From: Welwitschia mirabilis
Lineage: Eukaryota
Assembly: GCA_051453625.1 (NCBI GenBank)
Contig: JBOZIK010000001.1
Span: 27,666,937 to 27,730,936, forward strand
Length of the DNA stretch: 64,000 bases
Reading direction: 5' to 3'
Below, in pieces: positions 37,042-51,470 of the stretch (position 1 is its first letter; each line of letters starts with the position of its first letter). The position numbers and the translations under genes were made by a program. Under the pieces are notes generated by a model, which was not told the DNA's origin, searched no databases, and saw only the letters and a list, made by a program, of their open reading frames with translations.

Positions 37042-40000
37042 TGAAAAAACATTTTTCTCTAAAATATATCTAAAGTTAGGATATCAACCACTTCATATCA
37101 AGAAAAAGGATATTTAAAAATTTAATTCAAAATACATTATGAATACTATGAGTTCATTGTAATGTATTTTAAATGAATAGATACTTTAATAGTATTTATT
37201 AGCTTAATGAACATGATTTTTTATCATATTTACATAAATTGTTTATTTTCTTCACTGATGATACCTGATTTTGGAGTAGATGAAAAAGATTCCAATCATT
37301 TAAGGATGGTTGTATAGATTCTTAGAGCTAAATATTTACGTTTTAATGTAAGTAAACATGAATTTTAAAAATAAAATTAAACTTCCTTGATCATGTTTTA
37401 TTCAAGTAAACCTATCTAAGGTAAAAGCCATTTCAACTTCACTTGTGCCTAAAAATATGGCTTAAGTACATAGTTTCGTATGATTTTTAATTTATTATCA
37501 AAGATTCGTTAAGAATTTCTCTATTATATTACATCTATAATATCTTTATTTAATAAGGAAAAGGAATTTTCATGCACAAATAAAAAAATTCTTATCAAAT
37601 CTTGAATAATGCTCTTACTTCTCGTACCTTAGGTAGATTATTTCATATGTATATAAATGCATTTAGTAAGGATTAGAGTATGTTATAATGTAATATAAAA
37701 GAGTTCTTACTTATGAGTTAAAGCAACTCAAGACTTATGAAAATAATTTTTTGCTCATGATCTATAATTTGCTAAATTAGTTCATGCACTTACAATATGG
37801 TAACACTATTTATATAAGCAAAATTTGAATTTTATACAAATCATCAAAGTCTACAGTATACTTGTAGTTATTCATATCTTCATATTGGATAGATAATATG
37901 GATAGAATTACTTAACAATTATGATTTTGAGGAAAAATACAATGAGAGAAAAGAAAACAAGGTATTTAATGCATTAAGTAGAAGGAGATATGAGAAATTC
38001 ATACTTCTTATTACTTGATGGTATCTTAAAGATGTTAATAGGTAGTTCTACTGAGATGGATTTATCATGGATAAATATTAAATATTAGAAAAAAGGTACT
38101 TAGTAGCTAATTTCTAGTTCACTCCTAGAGGATTTCTGACATTTAAGGAGGAATTAAATATTCCAAAAGTTGAAAATTTATGAAAATATATTTTAAGTAT
38201 AATCAATAACATAATATACTTAAGACATCTTAGTAGTATTAAGATGTATCATGATCTATCTAAGTAGTTATAATGGTCTAATTATAAGAAGGACATAGTT
38301 GATTATGTTAGTAAGTGTCTTACATATTACAAAGGTAGAATAATGATTGAAATGTGGAGAGATACAATCCTTTACATCCTATAAGAAAATGGATATTATT
38401 ACCATGAATTTTATTATGGAGTTTTCAAGGACTAGATCATGATAAATGTTGCAGTGTAAATTTATGCAATCCTGAAGTCCTTTAGATAAACATGTAAATC
38501 AAATNNNNNNNNNNNNNNNNNNNNNNNNNNNNNNNNNNNNNNNNNNNNNNNNNNNNNNNNNNNNNNNNNNNNNNNNNNNNNNNNNNNNNNNNNNNNNNNN
38601 NNNNNNNNNNNNNNNNNNNNNNNNNNNNNNNNNNNNNNNNNNNNNNNNNNNNNNNNNNNNNNNNNNNNNNNNNNNNNNNNNNNNNNNNNNNNNNNNNNNN
38701 NNNNNNNNNNNNNNNNNNNNNNNNNNNNNNNNNNNNNNNNNNNNNNNNNNNNNNNNNNNNNNNNNNNNNNNNNNNNNNNNNNNNNNNNNNNNNNNNNNNN
38801 NNNNNNNNNNNNNNNNNNNNNNNNNNNNNNNNNNNNNNNNNNNNNNNNNNNNNNNNNNNNNNNNNNNNNNNNNNNNNNNNNNNNNNNNNNNNNNNNNNNN
38901 NNNNNNNNNNNNNNNNNNNNNNNNNNNNNNNNNNNNNNNNNNNNNNNNNNNNNNNNNNNNNNNNNNNNNNNNNNNNNNNNNNNNNNNNNNNNNNNNNNNN
39001 NNNNNNNNNNNNNNNNNNNNNNNNNNNNNNNNNNNNNNNNNNNNNNNNNNNNNNNNNNNNNNNNNNNNNNNNNNNNNNNNNNNNNNNNNNNNNNNNNNNN
39101 NNNNNNNNNNNNNNNNNNNNNNNNNNNNNNNNNNNNNNNNNNNNNNNNNNNNNNNNNNNNNNNNNNNNNNNNNNNNNNNNNNNNNNNNNNNNNNNNNNNN
39201 NNNNNNNNNNNNNNNNNNNNNNNNNNNNNNNNNNNNNNNNNNNNNNNNNNNNNNNNNNNNNNNNNNNNNNNNNNCTTAATTAATGTAAACTATGAGATAT
39301 ACCAAATAGAATATGAAATGCAATGTGTAATAGAAATGGAATAATAATGCAAATCTAAACTAGTCAAAGTCAACCTTGACAAAGATTTTCCTTATGATCT
39401 AAATAAATTACAAAATCATTACTTAATATATAAATAACTTAAGGGACAAAAATAGAATTGAAATGAAAATAGTAATTGTATTGATTCAAAAAACTTTATG
39501 TCCACTTACAACATATTAGCAACACCTCAATGGAAGATACTTAGCCTAACACCAAGGAAACTCCTCTTTATAGTTACTAGATGGACCTCTTATCCTTTAA
39601 TCTTTCATCGTAAGAATATTGGGTATAAAAGGTGGAAGCTGAAATGAAGGAGGAGAAGGGAATTTATATTTTTGCATTGAAGTTCTAAAAGATTAACCCT
39701 AAAAGACTATAAAAAAATCCTAACAACCCAAATGAGTTACTTGACCTCATTACAAGATAATTTTTTCTGACCATCGAAAAATAGTTATCATCCTAATTAT
39801 CATGTGGATGACAAAGGGGATGTCACTCTATGTCAAAATGTACTTTATCAGCTTTATGCCTTGTTGTCAATCTTGTAGCTTATGTTCATATTAGTAGTGC
39901 TATCATCCTACCTGTCATGAAAATGATAGAGAGGATGACAGGCTTTCTTATCTTCAATCTTAAAGGTAAGTCAGTCTTCTACGTGGTGAATTATTCTTTT

Positions 40001-42329
40001 AAGTATACAATATCAGAATAAACCTAAGAATCCTCTAAATATGAAAAAATCACATGTTTTAATGATCATCCTATTAAATATCCATAATCATCAGTATTTC
40101 ATCCAAACCTATATAAATATCCTATAAAAGCACTCAAAATACACCACCAAATTTCTATAAATTGGCATCGCAACATAGCCCACTACTTAGCCTTGTCAGT
40201 CCCTGATAAAGTGAGTAATCAATTATATAGCAAGTCAATTTGACTAAGATAAAACAATATTAAAAATATGTAAATTAAGTTTAATTAAATCATGTAAGAA
40301 TAGATATCACAAATAGATTAACTGATACAAATACTAAAAATATTCCGAAGCCTTTTACTTAAGCATGTTACCATAGAATATATGAATGTCATACACATAT
40401 AAAAATCATAAAATATAACATTGATAGCTCAGAGAATGATAATGTATATGCATATTACAAAATAGTGATAATGAACTAATGTCACAGACTTAAGTAGTGC
40501 TAATATTAAAATAGTTATGCATTTAAGTTCATTAGTGTAATCCACAAGGCCAAAGATCAAGAGTAGATATAGCATTCTTTTTACATGATCCAAAACATAG
40601 CTATAAGAAAACTCTATGAGTATGCTATTGTACTCCTACAAGATAAAGTCTATGAATTTATTCAATTAACATAAAAACTAATCCAAACAGCTCATCTTAT
40701 ATATGTAACATTAAAGCTCAAAACATGATCCTTTTTAATTTCAAAAATTTATGCTTAAAATCACAAAATAAAGCCTAGAAAGATGTCCTATCCTCCCACA
40801 ATAGAAGCAAGACATCCTGAATTTCTCTAAAGGTAAAGAATGAGTGTCGTCTTGTCTATCATGAAGATAATAGATGTGGGATGACAAGGATCAAATAAGC
40901 TATGTAGAAAGAAAAGATAAATAAAAAAAATTTAAAAACTAAGCAAATACAAAGAAAATAACTAAAAAAATAGAAAGAAGATAAAAAGTAAAGAAATAGC
41001 CTAAAAAAAGTGCTCATGGTGGAGAGTGATGCATGGAGAAAATTGTAAAAATAGAAGAAAATGCATTAAATAAAAAAATGCAATGCTCACAGACTCCACA
41101 AATGTGCCTAAACTCATAAAAAAAGAAGAACTAAAACTCATCAGATCATGGAAACCTATTAAGAAGAGAACAACAATCCTTTATATAAACTAGGAAAACA
41201 CATCAACAAGAAACTAGGAAATAATTAGATCCATAATATTATGCTAAAAAATTATGGGAAATAAATTTGAAAAATATAATAATATAGCTAAATAAAAACA
41301 AAATAAAAATGGACAACTAGGAATAGAAAGAATATTGCTTACTTACCCTAAATTATAATCTAATAAATTTCCTGGCAATCATAAAATCACTTGATGAAAG
41401 ATGCATAATGTTATGTAAAAACCTATAAAGTATTAGTTAAATAGGCAATGATTATCATGATGTCAAGTAAGTCTATTGTTATCAAACAATAAATGATAAG
41501 ATAAAAAGCTATTAAAATAGGAACTTACAAGCTACCATATCAAAATAAAACTAGAATCTAAAAAAGTAAAGTGATCATGTGGAAATAATATAAATAAATA
41601 AAAAAATGAGTATAAAAAACAAGCAATGCCTTTGATGTTACTAGGGACACCACTGATCTAATAGCCTTAAAGTGTAATTTATTCTAGATTGATGAGGGGA
41701 GTAAAACCAATATCAGAGAAGTAAGTACTCACACAATATGATCAACTGACCCCCTAGTGGAGTTCTCACAACTACCATATCACATTATCAAAGGCCTCTC
41801 TTGGGAGAATTTACCCTAATGCACCTACAATAGGAAATCATGGTGAACATGTTTGTGAGATATAACATGAAAGATCATAGTCATTAGCTATTTTATTCTT
41901 TTTTTTCTTTTTTTTTAATTGGGTAATATTCCACATGACCAAGGACTTGTAAGAATAAAAGTGAAGTAATGAAATGAGTAACAAAGTAAGAACATGCAAA
42001 AATAATTAATTAATCACATCATTAAAAGAGAATAAAAGAACCAAGGCATCTTTCTTAAAAATGAAGTTCATGGACATAGAAATTATTGAAGATTAGATGA
42101 AGTTAATCTCATCATCTAAAATTCCTAAGTTAAATATTACTAATCATGGAAACTTCATAAGTAAATACATAAGTTAAGTTAAAGATATTTAAGTCATAAC
42201 ATAATGTTTACTTAAGGAATGAGTTAAGAAGTAATTTAGATAATCATAAAAGAAAGGTCCTCTCATTGAGAGGGACTTCCAAGACAAGTGCCTCTATCAT
42301 GTTTAAGGTTTTATCAGAAGATAAAGCAT

Positions 42330-45300
42330 AAATTTTTAACCTTTATTCATTAACCTTTTGAATTTCTTTAGTATTTGAATTGAAGATGTCAACTAAGCCA
42401 TTTGAGTGTACTTTTCTATAAGATAAGGATCTAATCATTTAAAAGTTAAATTTTTGTACAAAAAATATACTCAGGTATTATACAAAAGGACAAGTTGACT
42501 AGGTTCAAACTGCTTATGAATAATTTATTTATATGTCTGAACTTAGCTTGAGATTTATGAATGAGTTAATGATATAAAACATGAGTACATTTTTCATCTA
42601 AATGTCAAGTTAAGTTAATCACGTTTTAAGGTTTTCATTCAAGTCTATAAGGTTAAGTTGATGAATGGGTTGATAAGAACTATAGCAAACATCAACTAGT
42701 AAAATAAAAACTTTTCCATACATAAGTTCATATGGTGAGAGACCTAGAGAGTTATGTCAAGTAGTAAAATAAGCCCAATGAACATCATTAATTTTAGAGG
42801 ATCACCTTTTTTTTATTAATAAAGACTAATCTCTGTAGCATCTTTTTGATTTCTCTATTTGCATTTTTAGCTTGGCCATTAGTTTTAGGATGATATGCAC
42901 ATGTAATTATATGTTTAATACTAATGGATAAAAGGATTTTTTGAAAAATATGGTTAATGAAATGAGTTTCCTAATCACTAATGATAATTCATAGAAAACC
43001 AAAACATTGAAAGATATGAGTTCAAACATAATTGCAAATGGTTTAGGCATCATTTTTAGTTGTAGGAACAACTTATACCCAGTTAGTAACAAAATTAGCC
43101 ACTATAAAGATATAATTTTTGTCATGAGAAGGTGGTGCAAATGAGCCTACAAAGTCCATTTTCCAATAATTAAAAGGTTCACATTCAAGCATAGGTTTAA
43201 GGGACATATCTTTAGAATGAGTTAGGCTACTATAACATTGGCATGCATCACACCTTTTGGAAATGTTAAATGAATCCTTGAAAAAAGTAGGCTAATAAAA
43301 ACCTATGTAAAGAACTTTCATGATAGTCTTTTAGCCACTAGAGTATTTCCCACCTATCTCACTATGGTAAAGTTTTAGTATTTCTAAGCTTTTCCACTCA
43401 GATACACACTTACATATGATTTGATCTTTGCAATTTCTATAAAGATGGGGTTTATTTCACTCATAGTTATTAATCCTATGGAGAAAATATTTATATTACT
43501 TATGGTTCCAATGCTGAGAATTTTTCATAGTAATAAGGTAGTTCACAATATCATCATATCAAGGATGAGTAGAAGAGATACCATAAAGTTGCTTAATCAC
43601 AAAGAGTTATTCATCTGAAAAAGATTCATTTATGGAAAGTTCATCATGAGAGAAAGAAAGTTGAGATAGATGATCAACAATACTATTATGTTTTCCAGCC
43701 TTATCAATGATGATGAGATTAAATTCTTGCATGAGAAGAATCCATCTAATAAGTCTGTTACTAGAGTCTTTTTTGGTCATAAGATCACAGATGGATACAT
43801 GATCTATGTAAACATTGATGTAAAAGCCAAGACAATAATGTCAAAGATGATCTAGGAAAAAGATAATGGAAAGCATTTCTTTCATGGTAGTAGTGTAGTT
43901 GAATTAGGCTTGGGACAAAGTTTTACTAATATAAAATTTAACTTTAAAATCATTTTCATACTTTTATAATCATAACTAAAGTATCCATAAAAACTAGAAT
44001 AACCAAGGAAAGATCTAATTTTTTTGACATAGTTTGAGGGCTAAGGTTTTTAATGATATTAACTTTTATAAGAATCATCCTAATCCTTTCTTTCGAAATG
44101 TGATAACCTAAGATAATTCCATAATTAACAAGGAGAAAACTCTTTTCCCAACTCAAATGTAAGGCACTATCAATACATCGATGTAGGACTTTCTCTAATT
44201 TCTTTATAGTTTATTCAAAAGTATCACCAAAGATGAAGAAGTCATCCATAAAATAGAATTCTCTATCATGTCAGAAAAGATCCCCATCATGGATTGTTGA
44301 AAGATTCCATGGACATTTTAAAGTTTAAAGGGCATTCATTTAAAAGCAAAGTTTTTAAAGGACGAGGTGAAAGTAGTTTTAGCTTGGTATTCATTTGCTA
44401 TACAAATTTGATTATAGCCACTATACCCATCAAAAAAATAATAGTAGACATGACGTTGGATTATATCAAGTACTTTATTAATAAAGATAAAGGGAAATGA
44501 TCCTTTTTAGTTACCTCATTAAATTTTTTAAAATAAATGCATATTCTTCATTTTCCGTTATTTTTTAGAAATACTATTAAAGGACTAACCCACTCACTAT
44601 CAGATATGTCATATATGATTCTGACATTTATAAGTTTAATGATTGTATCTTTATAATTTGTTTAAGAGCTGAATTAAGTCTTTTTAGGACTACCTAATAG
44701 GTTTAGCATTATCTTTAATGTAAATCTTCTGTTAAACTATGGAAAGAGGAATAGCATCTAAGACTTTATGTGTCCAAGCAAAGGCATTTTGTATTAAAGT
44801 TAAGAGTGAGATCAAGTTTGATTCTNNNNNNNNNNAGTGAAAATGTCATTGATTATCATGGATTTTATTTCATTTTCAGATAGAAAAATATATTTTAAAC
44901 CTTGGGGTAATTTCTTAAGTCTAATATTTTTAGTTTTCGTCCTGTTTATTGTGAGGACAATAGACCTAAGATGACATTTTGCAAAAACATTTTCTATCAA
45001 GTAAAAATGTTTAGTTTCTCCTTAATTAGTGTGTTATTCATTCTCAAATGTAAGATAATGTGTTTCACTGAAATCATCATATACAGTCGGTCTACATAGC
45101 ATGAGTAATCTCTCCTCAATTAATCAATGTTATGGAAATAAGGTTGGTTTCAGTTCATCTTCAAAGTTAAATTCAATTCCTATGTCCTTTTTAGCAACAT
45201 CAAAGACTCTAATGGTAAATTATATGTTATCAAAATAACATCCCTCATCCTAGATGGTGTGTTAATGATACAATGAGTAGTTGCATAAAAGGCTCCTCCT

Positions 45301-47170
45301 AAAAGGAGTGGATAACCTCCATCATGTCCTATCTCAATGATGATAACATCTATGGGGTAAAAATTTTCCTTAATTTGAATAATTAAGTCCTTAATAATTC
45401 TTAATGGTTTCTTAATTGAGGTATCAGCCAATTCTAAGATGATTTATATAGGTTCTATTCTATTTATTAACCTGAGTTTCTTAAATATGTGAAGAGGCAT
45501 GATGCTTAGACTTGATCCTATGTTACTTAAAGCTTTTTGAATTACTTTATTTCCTTCTAAGGTAACACAGATATTTGTAGCTTTAGGATATTTAAATTTA
45601 GAACCCTTTTTCATGATTAAGTTAGAAAGAGGATGAACAAGAAAAAGCTTACTAGGAATAATAATATGTTTTTTCTTTCTCCTTACTAAGTCCTTCCACA
45701 ACTTAGAATATTTATGATTTTCTTGCAAGAGTTTCTAAAAATGCAAGTTGATATTAACCTCTTGGATTAAAGTTTTCAAGTGTTTATCAAAGGTAAGATT
45801 TATATTCAATCAATCAAGTCAATGAATGAATGGTTTCTTTCCTTTGTTTTCTTATTAGGAATTTTTAATGGATTTTTAGTAGATGATGTTGAAGGAAAAT
45901 TGTATGAGTTCAAAATTTCTATATCATCTTCCTCATTTTTATTATTCTTGAAAATTGAATCCTTATGGGTAGGAAGTATTGTATCATTTTCCCTTCTTGT
46001 TACTACTTTCAAATATCTGCTAACTTCATTTGAGTTGAACAATGATTGAGATGTTATAGATCCTTCTCATCTTTCATTAACAAGAATTATTTGTTAGAGC
46101 ACCATTACTAAGTTTTTACTATTGCTATTAATCTTATTAATGTTGTTATTTGTTCTTTTAATATTGCTATTAGTCTTGTCTTTCATTCTTTTTAATTCCT
46201 CTATGGATTCATTGAGTAGATTATTCTAATTTTGTTGAAAGTTTAAATTTATAAATCTATTTTCAAAAGGTTTCCATGTTGATTATCCACCTGATCTTTG
46301 TTGAAATTGAGATTGCCTTTTGAAGTTAGGTGTTCTTTAATTGAAAGTATAGACTTCCTTAAACATCACAAATTTCACAATTTGAAGTTTAGTTTTCATT
46401 CGTTGCTATTTTTGCATCAACTATTATTTGTGTATACTTCTCCAAAGTGGTAGTAAAATATTTCATCAAGTTGGTTGAGTCCTCTCTTTCTTCTTCCTTA
46501 TTGTGTTTAACCTATTTTCAATCTTTTAATATTTGGACTATAATTCAATTTTCCTTAGTGGATTTAGGCTAAGTTTGCTATATTTCTATAATATTTTTCA
46601 ACACACTTCATGCTTCTTCCAAGAATAAGTTCAATAAGTTGCCTTCAGTAAAAAAAATATATAAGTTCTTTAGTTAGAGAATTCAATCCATTATAGAAAT
46701 AATCTACTAGCTCTTCTTTATAAAATTCATTAATATGATTGGAGTGGCTAGCTAATAGAAAACATTCATAGGTTCTGACATAGATCTCATGAGGTTGTTA
46801 TTGAAAGTTAGTTACTTCTTTTCTTCTTTTTTCATGGAACTTTCACTCAAAAATAATTTTATAAACACTTCAAACACTTGATTATAAGATTTAAAACTTT
46901 TATGTTGAATAGTTTTAAGCCAAATTTTTACCCTTTCTCTAAGTATGACTAGAAAAATAATCATATACATATGGTTATTAATACATTTCTTAAGGTAAGT
47001 ACAAGTTGTTTAATCTCAGCCAAATGTTGGAAAGGATCTTCCTTAGGTTCCCCTAAAAAAGTTGAATATGAACTTAAATTTCTTAATTCTACATCATCTC
47101 TAGGAGTTAAATGAAAGATATTTTTAATTTTATATTTTTTTATTGATAATTAAATATCTAAGAGTAATTT
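42330..47170 (-). pseudogene. Athila-like gag-pol (degenerate)
   Basis: Protease KALSNIGSSLSIMP and ADTSIKKPLRIIKD...YPIDVII...PLLLGGAFYAT; RT FMDDFFIFG (~44230-44253) and LSWEKSFLLVNYGIILGYHIS; RNase H SKTLSQA*FNYTTTMKEML; integrase ECEPFNYWKMDFVGSF. Confidence 0.9.
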
Positions 47171-48062
47171 TTGCATTCAAGGAAGAAGTTTTTATTATGA
47201 TTTGGGGTATTAGATGATGTAATGTACTTTTGTTTTTGTAATGATTTTGATACATCCAATATATTTGAATAAGAAATAACATGATATACTTCTATACTAT
47301 ACTTTTATTTTGCAAAATCAGATTTTAAAATAATAAGAGCATAAAAATATTCTTTATCAATTCTAGGAATTTATGTACTTGGAATGTGCATACCTGGATT
47401 TAGCTCAAAGTCAAATAATCCTTTTCTAATGTTTTCTTTGATCAGGCTCTACTCTCTCTGATATTTTATCTTCCTATCAAAATTCCCCATGTCCTTATAA
47501 GCTTAGACAAGAAATAAAAAAATAAAATAAAAAATAACAAACTATTGTTTACCTGGTCATGGAAATGACAAGGACGACAACAATCACAATAACAAATAAC
47601 TGAAACTTATAAAAAATTACCAAAACTCATAAAAAATTACTAAAAGTGAAAAATCTAAACTATCATCCAAGCTATTATGGGAATGATAGAGAAGACAATG
47701 CTAACTTTATTATTAAACTATGAATAGAAGAAATTACAAATTACCAAAAGTAAAATAGTAAGTTATTGTTCAAGTTATCATGGAGACAATAGAGAAGACA
47801 ACAGTAACTTTATTATCAAAGTATGAATAGAAAAAAATTTAAAAAGTAGAAATTAATTTCAAAATTATACAAATGTCATGCCTACGGTTGTTGAGATGAC
47901 CAAGAGAACAACAAGGTTCCTAAAAACTATGGAAAATAAAATTTTACTAAAATAAACTTATTCTAAGTTATGCTAAAAATACAATACTAATTCAAATAAA
48001 TAACCTAAATAAATAATTCAAGGTACTTATTCGGTTAGTGATAATTCTCTAGCTTCTTATGG

Positions 48063-48086
48063 CCTTCTCTAACAATGGCATGAAAA
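48063..48086 (-). promoter_or_regulatory. Degenerate tRNA-Asp primer-binding site
   Basis: TTTTCATGCCATTGTTAGAGAAGG directly after the LTR end, versus TTTTGGCGCCGTTGCCGGGGA; differences are mostly transitions. Confidence 0.65.
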
Positions 48087-50458
48087 TCTTGCAGTGTAAA
48101 TTTATGCAATCTTGAAGTTCTTTAGGTAAGCCTATAAATCAAATTACTTATAGAAAAATACACCTTAGTATAGATAGAAACTTACCTGAATGTCATAATC
48201 CCAAGAAAGGCACTAAGCTCAAAGTTAGAGAATTAATTTGTAAAGGTATTTTTAGTCTTTTTATCTTTAAATAACTAAAAGTAAATAACAAAGTAAAATG
48301 CAATGAAAAGTAAATGGAAATGAAATGCAAATGGAAGTGTACTAAATTCTATTAGATCCTAATCCTCCTGTCATAAGAACTAGCTTCTCTATAATTCAAA
48401 TCAATTAAGAAGAGTACTTAACTTATTATTAATTAATATGAACTATGAGATATACCAAATAGAATATGGAATGTAATGTGGAATGGAAATAGAATAACAA
48501 TGCAAATCTAAACTAACCAAGATCAACCTTGATAAAGGTTACCCTTATGATCTAGATAAATTAGAGAATTATTACTCTAAACTATGATTAATAAAAACAG
48601 TAAGAGACATAAACAAAATTGGAATGAAAATAGTAATTATATTAATTTATAGAATTTTTACATCCACTTATAACAAAGTAGCAGTACCTCAATGGAAGAG
48701 ACTTAGACTAACATAAAGGGAACTCCTCTCTATATCTACTAGATGGACCTCTTTTTTTTTAATCTTTTATCACAAGCATATCGGGTATGAAAGATGATTT
48801 GAAAGTAAGGACAAGGGAGATATTTATAGTTTTTACATTGAAAGTTCTAGAATCATAACCCTAGAAGTTAAAAAAGAAATCCTAGCAGCTCAAGTGAGGC
48901 ACATGATCTAATCACAAGATAATTCAGTCCTGCTTATACAAAATAATTATCATCTTCACTATCATAAGGATGACATTGAAGATGATGCACCATAATAATA
49001 GATAATTAATCAACTTTAAGCTCTACAATTAACCATGTAGTTGGCTTTCAAATGTGTCATTGTCCCCTATGTCATGGAAACAATAATGAGGGTGACACCT
49101 CCTTAGAAAGGTGCTTCATTGACTCTAAGCTCTAGTCCAAATTACTATTGCAATAGGCTAATACAATGCTATCATCCCCTCTGTCATGGAAACGATAGTG
49201 CGAATGACACTTTTCTAAAACCCCTCAAATAAAGTAAATCAGCCTTCTTCATCTTTAATCTTTCTCTAACATACTAAGTACTAGAACATGCCTGAAATGC
49301 CTTCAATTATGCTAAGAATTACATGTTTTAGTAATAATCCCATCGACTCTCTATAATCATCAAAATTATATCTAAACCTATATAAATGTCTTGTAAAAGC
49401 ACTCTAAATATACCATTAAATTCCTATAAATTAACATCATAACATAGTTTCTACTTAACCTTGTTAGTCCTTGATAAAGTGAGTAATCAACTATATTATG
49501 AGTAAATTTGACTAAAATAATCAGCAACTAGAAAAATGGAATTTAAGTTTAATTTTATCATGTAGGAATAAACAATAAAAATTCATTAACTAATACAATT
49601 ACTAATATATTTATAAGCCCCCTACTTAAACACATCATAATAGAATGAATGAATGTAATACACATAAACAAATCATAAAATGTAATAATGATAGTTGAAA
49701 AAATGGTAATGTGTAAGCATAAATCAAGAAAGTAATGCTAAAACTAATGTGTAAAACTTAAGTAGTAATAATCTCAAAGGATGATGTATGAAAAGTTTAT
49801 TAATGTTTTCTATAAGAGCCANNNNNNNNNNNNNNNNNNNNNNNNNNNNNNNNNNNNNNNNNNNNNNNNNNNNNNNNNNNNNNNNNNNNNNNNNNNNNNN
49901 NNNNNNNNNNNNNNNNNNNNNGAAGGAGGAGAAGGTTATTTATAGTTTTATATTGAAGATATATAAGCTTAATCCTAGAAGTAAAAAAATAAACCCTAAT
50001 ATCCCAAATAGGTCACTTGATTCCATTATAAAGATAATTATTTCTAACCCTAGAAAAATATCTCGTGTACTTACTATCATGGGGATGATAGAGGGGATGT
50101 CATTCTATGTTAAAAAGCACTTCATTGATTTCATGCCTTGCTATCAACTCCTTAACGTATGTTTATGTTAGTAGTTCTATTGTCCTATTTATCATGGTGA
50201 TGACAAAGGGGATGATAGGCTTCCTTATCTTTAATATCAAAGGTAAGTTAGACTTCTACATGCTAAATCCTTCTTCCAAATATGTAGTATCAAAATAAGC
50301 TTAGGCAACCTTCAAATATGATAATAATCACATGTTTTAATGATCATCCTATTAAATCTCCATAATCATTAGTGTTGCATTCAAACTTGTATAATTATCC
50401 TGCAAAAAAACTCAAAATACACCATCAAATTCCTACAAATTGGCATCACAATAATATA

Positions 50459-51430
50459 GCTTAATTATGATAGTGTTGGATCTCTTAACAAAAATAGAAC
50501 ATTTCATAGCCACTATTAATAAAATATTAAATGGAAAAACCATAAGGTTATTTTTGAAGGAAATCTTTAAACTATTAAAATGTTTAAAATGATTATCTTT
50601 GATTAAGATTCCTTTTTTACTTCTAGATTTTATAAAATATTAAAATATTAATTGAAAACTAAGTTAAATTTAAGCATATCTTATCATCTTGGAATAGCTG
50701 GATAAGTAGAATGCATTAAGAAGGTACTAGAAGTTTTTATTAGAGTATTTACATGAGATCATCCTAGTAGTTGGAATAAGATTCTACATATTATTATATT
50801 TTCTTATAATAGAAGCTACTGTAACTCTATTTAAATGGAGCCCTATGAGGCCTTATATGATAGAAGATAGATAACTTCATCTTCATGATTTTCATTGGTT
50901 TATAAATGATTAAATAAAGAAAAAGTCACATGAAAAAAATTAATAAAATATTAAACCACATTTTTGATAGAGAGAAGAAGCAAACAAATACACGTAAGGA
51001 AATACTTAGAATTTAAATTAGATAACCATGTTTTCCTTAGGGTTTTACATCTGAAAAATGTATTTAGAGCACTAAAAAGATTCAAAATAGATTTTAGATA
51101 CATAATACCATTTACAATAAAATAGGATAAATTAAATGACCTATAATCTAGCTCTAGTTACTAAAATAGAACATTTATGTAATGTTTTTCATGCATAAAT
51201 TCTTAAGAAATATGTTTATTATTTAATACACATTTATAATTAGAATAATTTCTTAGTATTCATAGTATGTGCTATCTAAAAGAAACTAGCAAAAATCCTA
51301 GAAATAAAGTTTACTTCTTATAGAAGCATGATATTTGCAAGTAAATATTAAATGGAAGAACCATACCCCTAAGGAGAATACTTAGAAAATGAAGGAGGAT
51401 TTTAGAAATAAATATTCTTATCTATTTTAG
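50459..51430 (+). pseudogene. Tekay-like integrase core/C-terminus and chromodomain (continuation of 34190-38446)
   Basis: VLDLLTKIEHFIA; FSYNRSYCNSI*MEPYEALYDR; LCNVFHA; IKWKNHTPKENT*KMKEDFRNKYSYLF. A purine tract AAGAAGAAGAGAA precedes the 3' LTR at 51471. Confidence 0.85.
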
Positions 51431-51470
51431 AACTCCATATATAGGAGAAATTCTCATAAGAAGAAGAGAA

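Larger units (their letters stand above)
34190..38446 (+). pseudogene. Tekay-like gag-protease-RT-RNase H-integrase N-part (degenerate)
   Basis: EGFEDTIEAEACI (gag); FNNEATYYFI (LFDSGATHSFI); EIEFTIDLLPRTSIIFKVPYR; HYEYYEFIVMYF; FFTDD (VFIDD); ITMNFIMEFSRTRS (ISMDFITGLPRT). Confidence 0.85.
38447..50453 (-). mobile_element. Athila-like composite with three LTRs, nested in the Tekay integrase
   Basis: LTRs at 38447-40175, 48087-49444 and 49922-50453 (partial, gap). Outer TSD ATAAA/ATATA. The host integrase reads ...FSRTRS before and ...IMIVLDLLTKIEHFIA after. Confidence 0.85.

Noticed and set aside
43421-46049. Plus-strand ORFs at 43421, 43670, 44294 and 45780 (and 14000, 14859, 62379)
   Set aside because: They are antisense or junction-spanning shadows of retroelement sequence with no recognisable motifs.
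39830-50298. Two similar 63-aa ORFs (39830-40021 and 50107-50298) suggesting a small gene family
   Set aside because: They are the same segment of two paired LTRs read antisense to the element.
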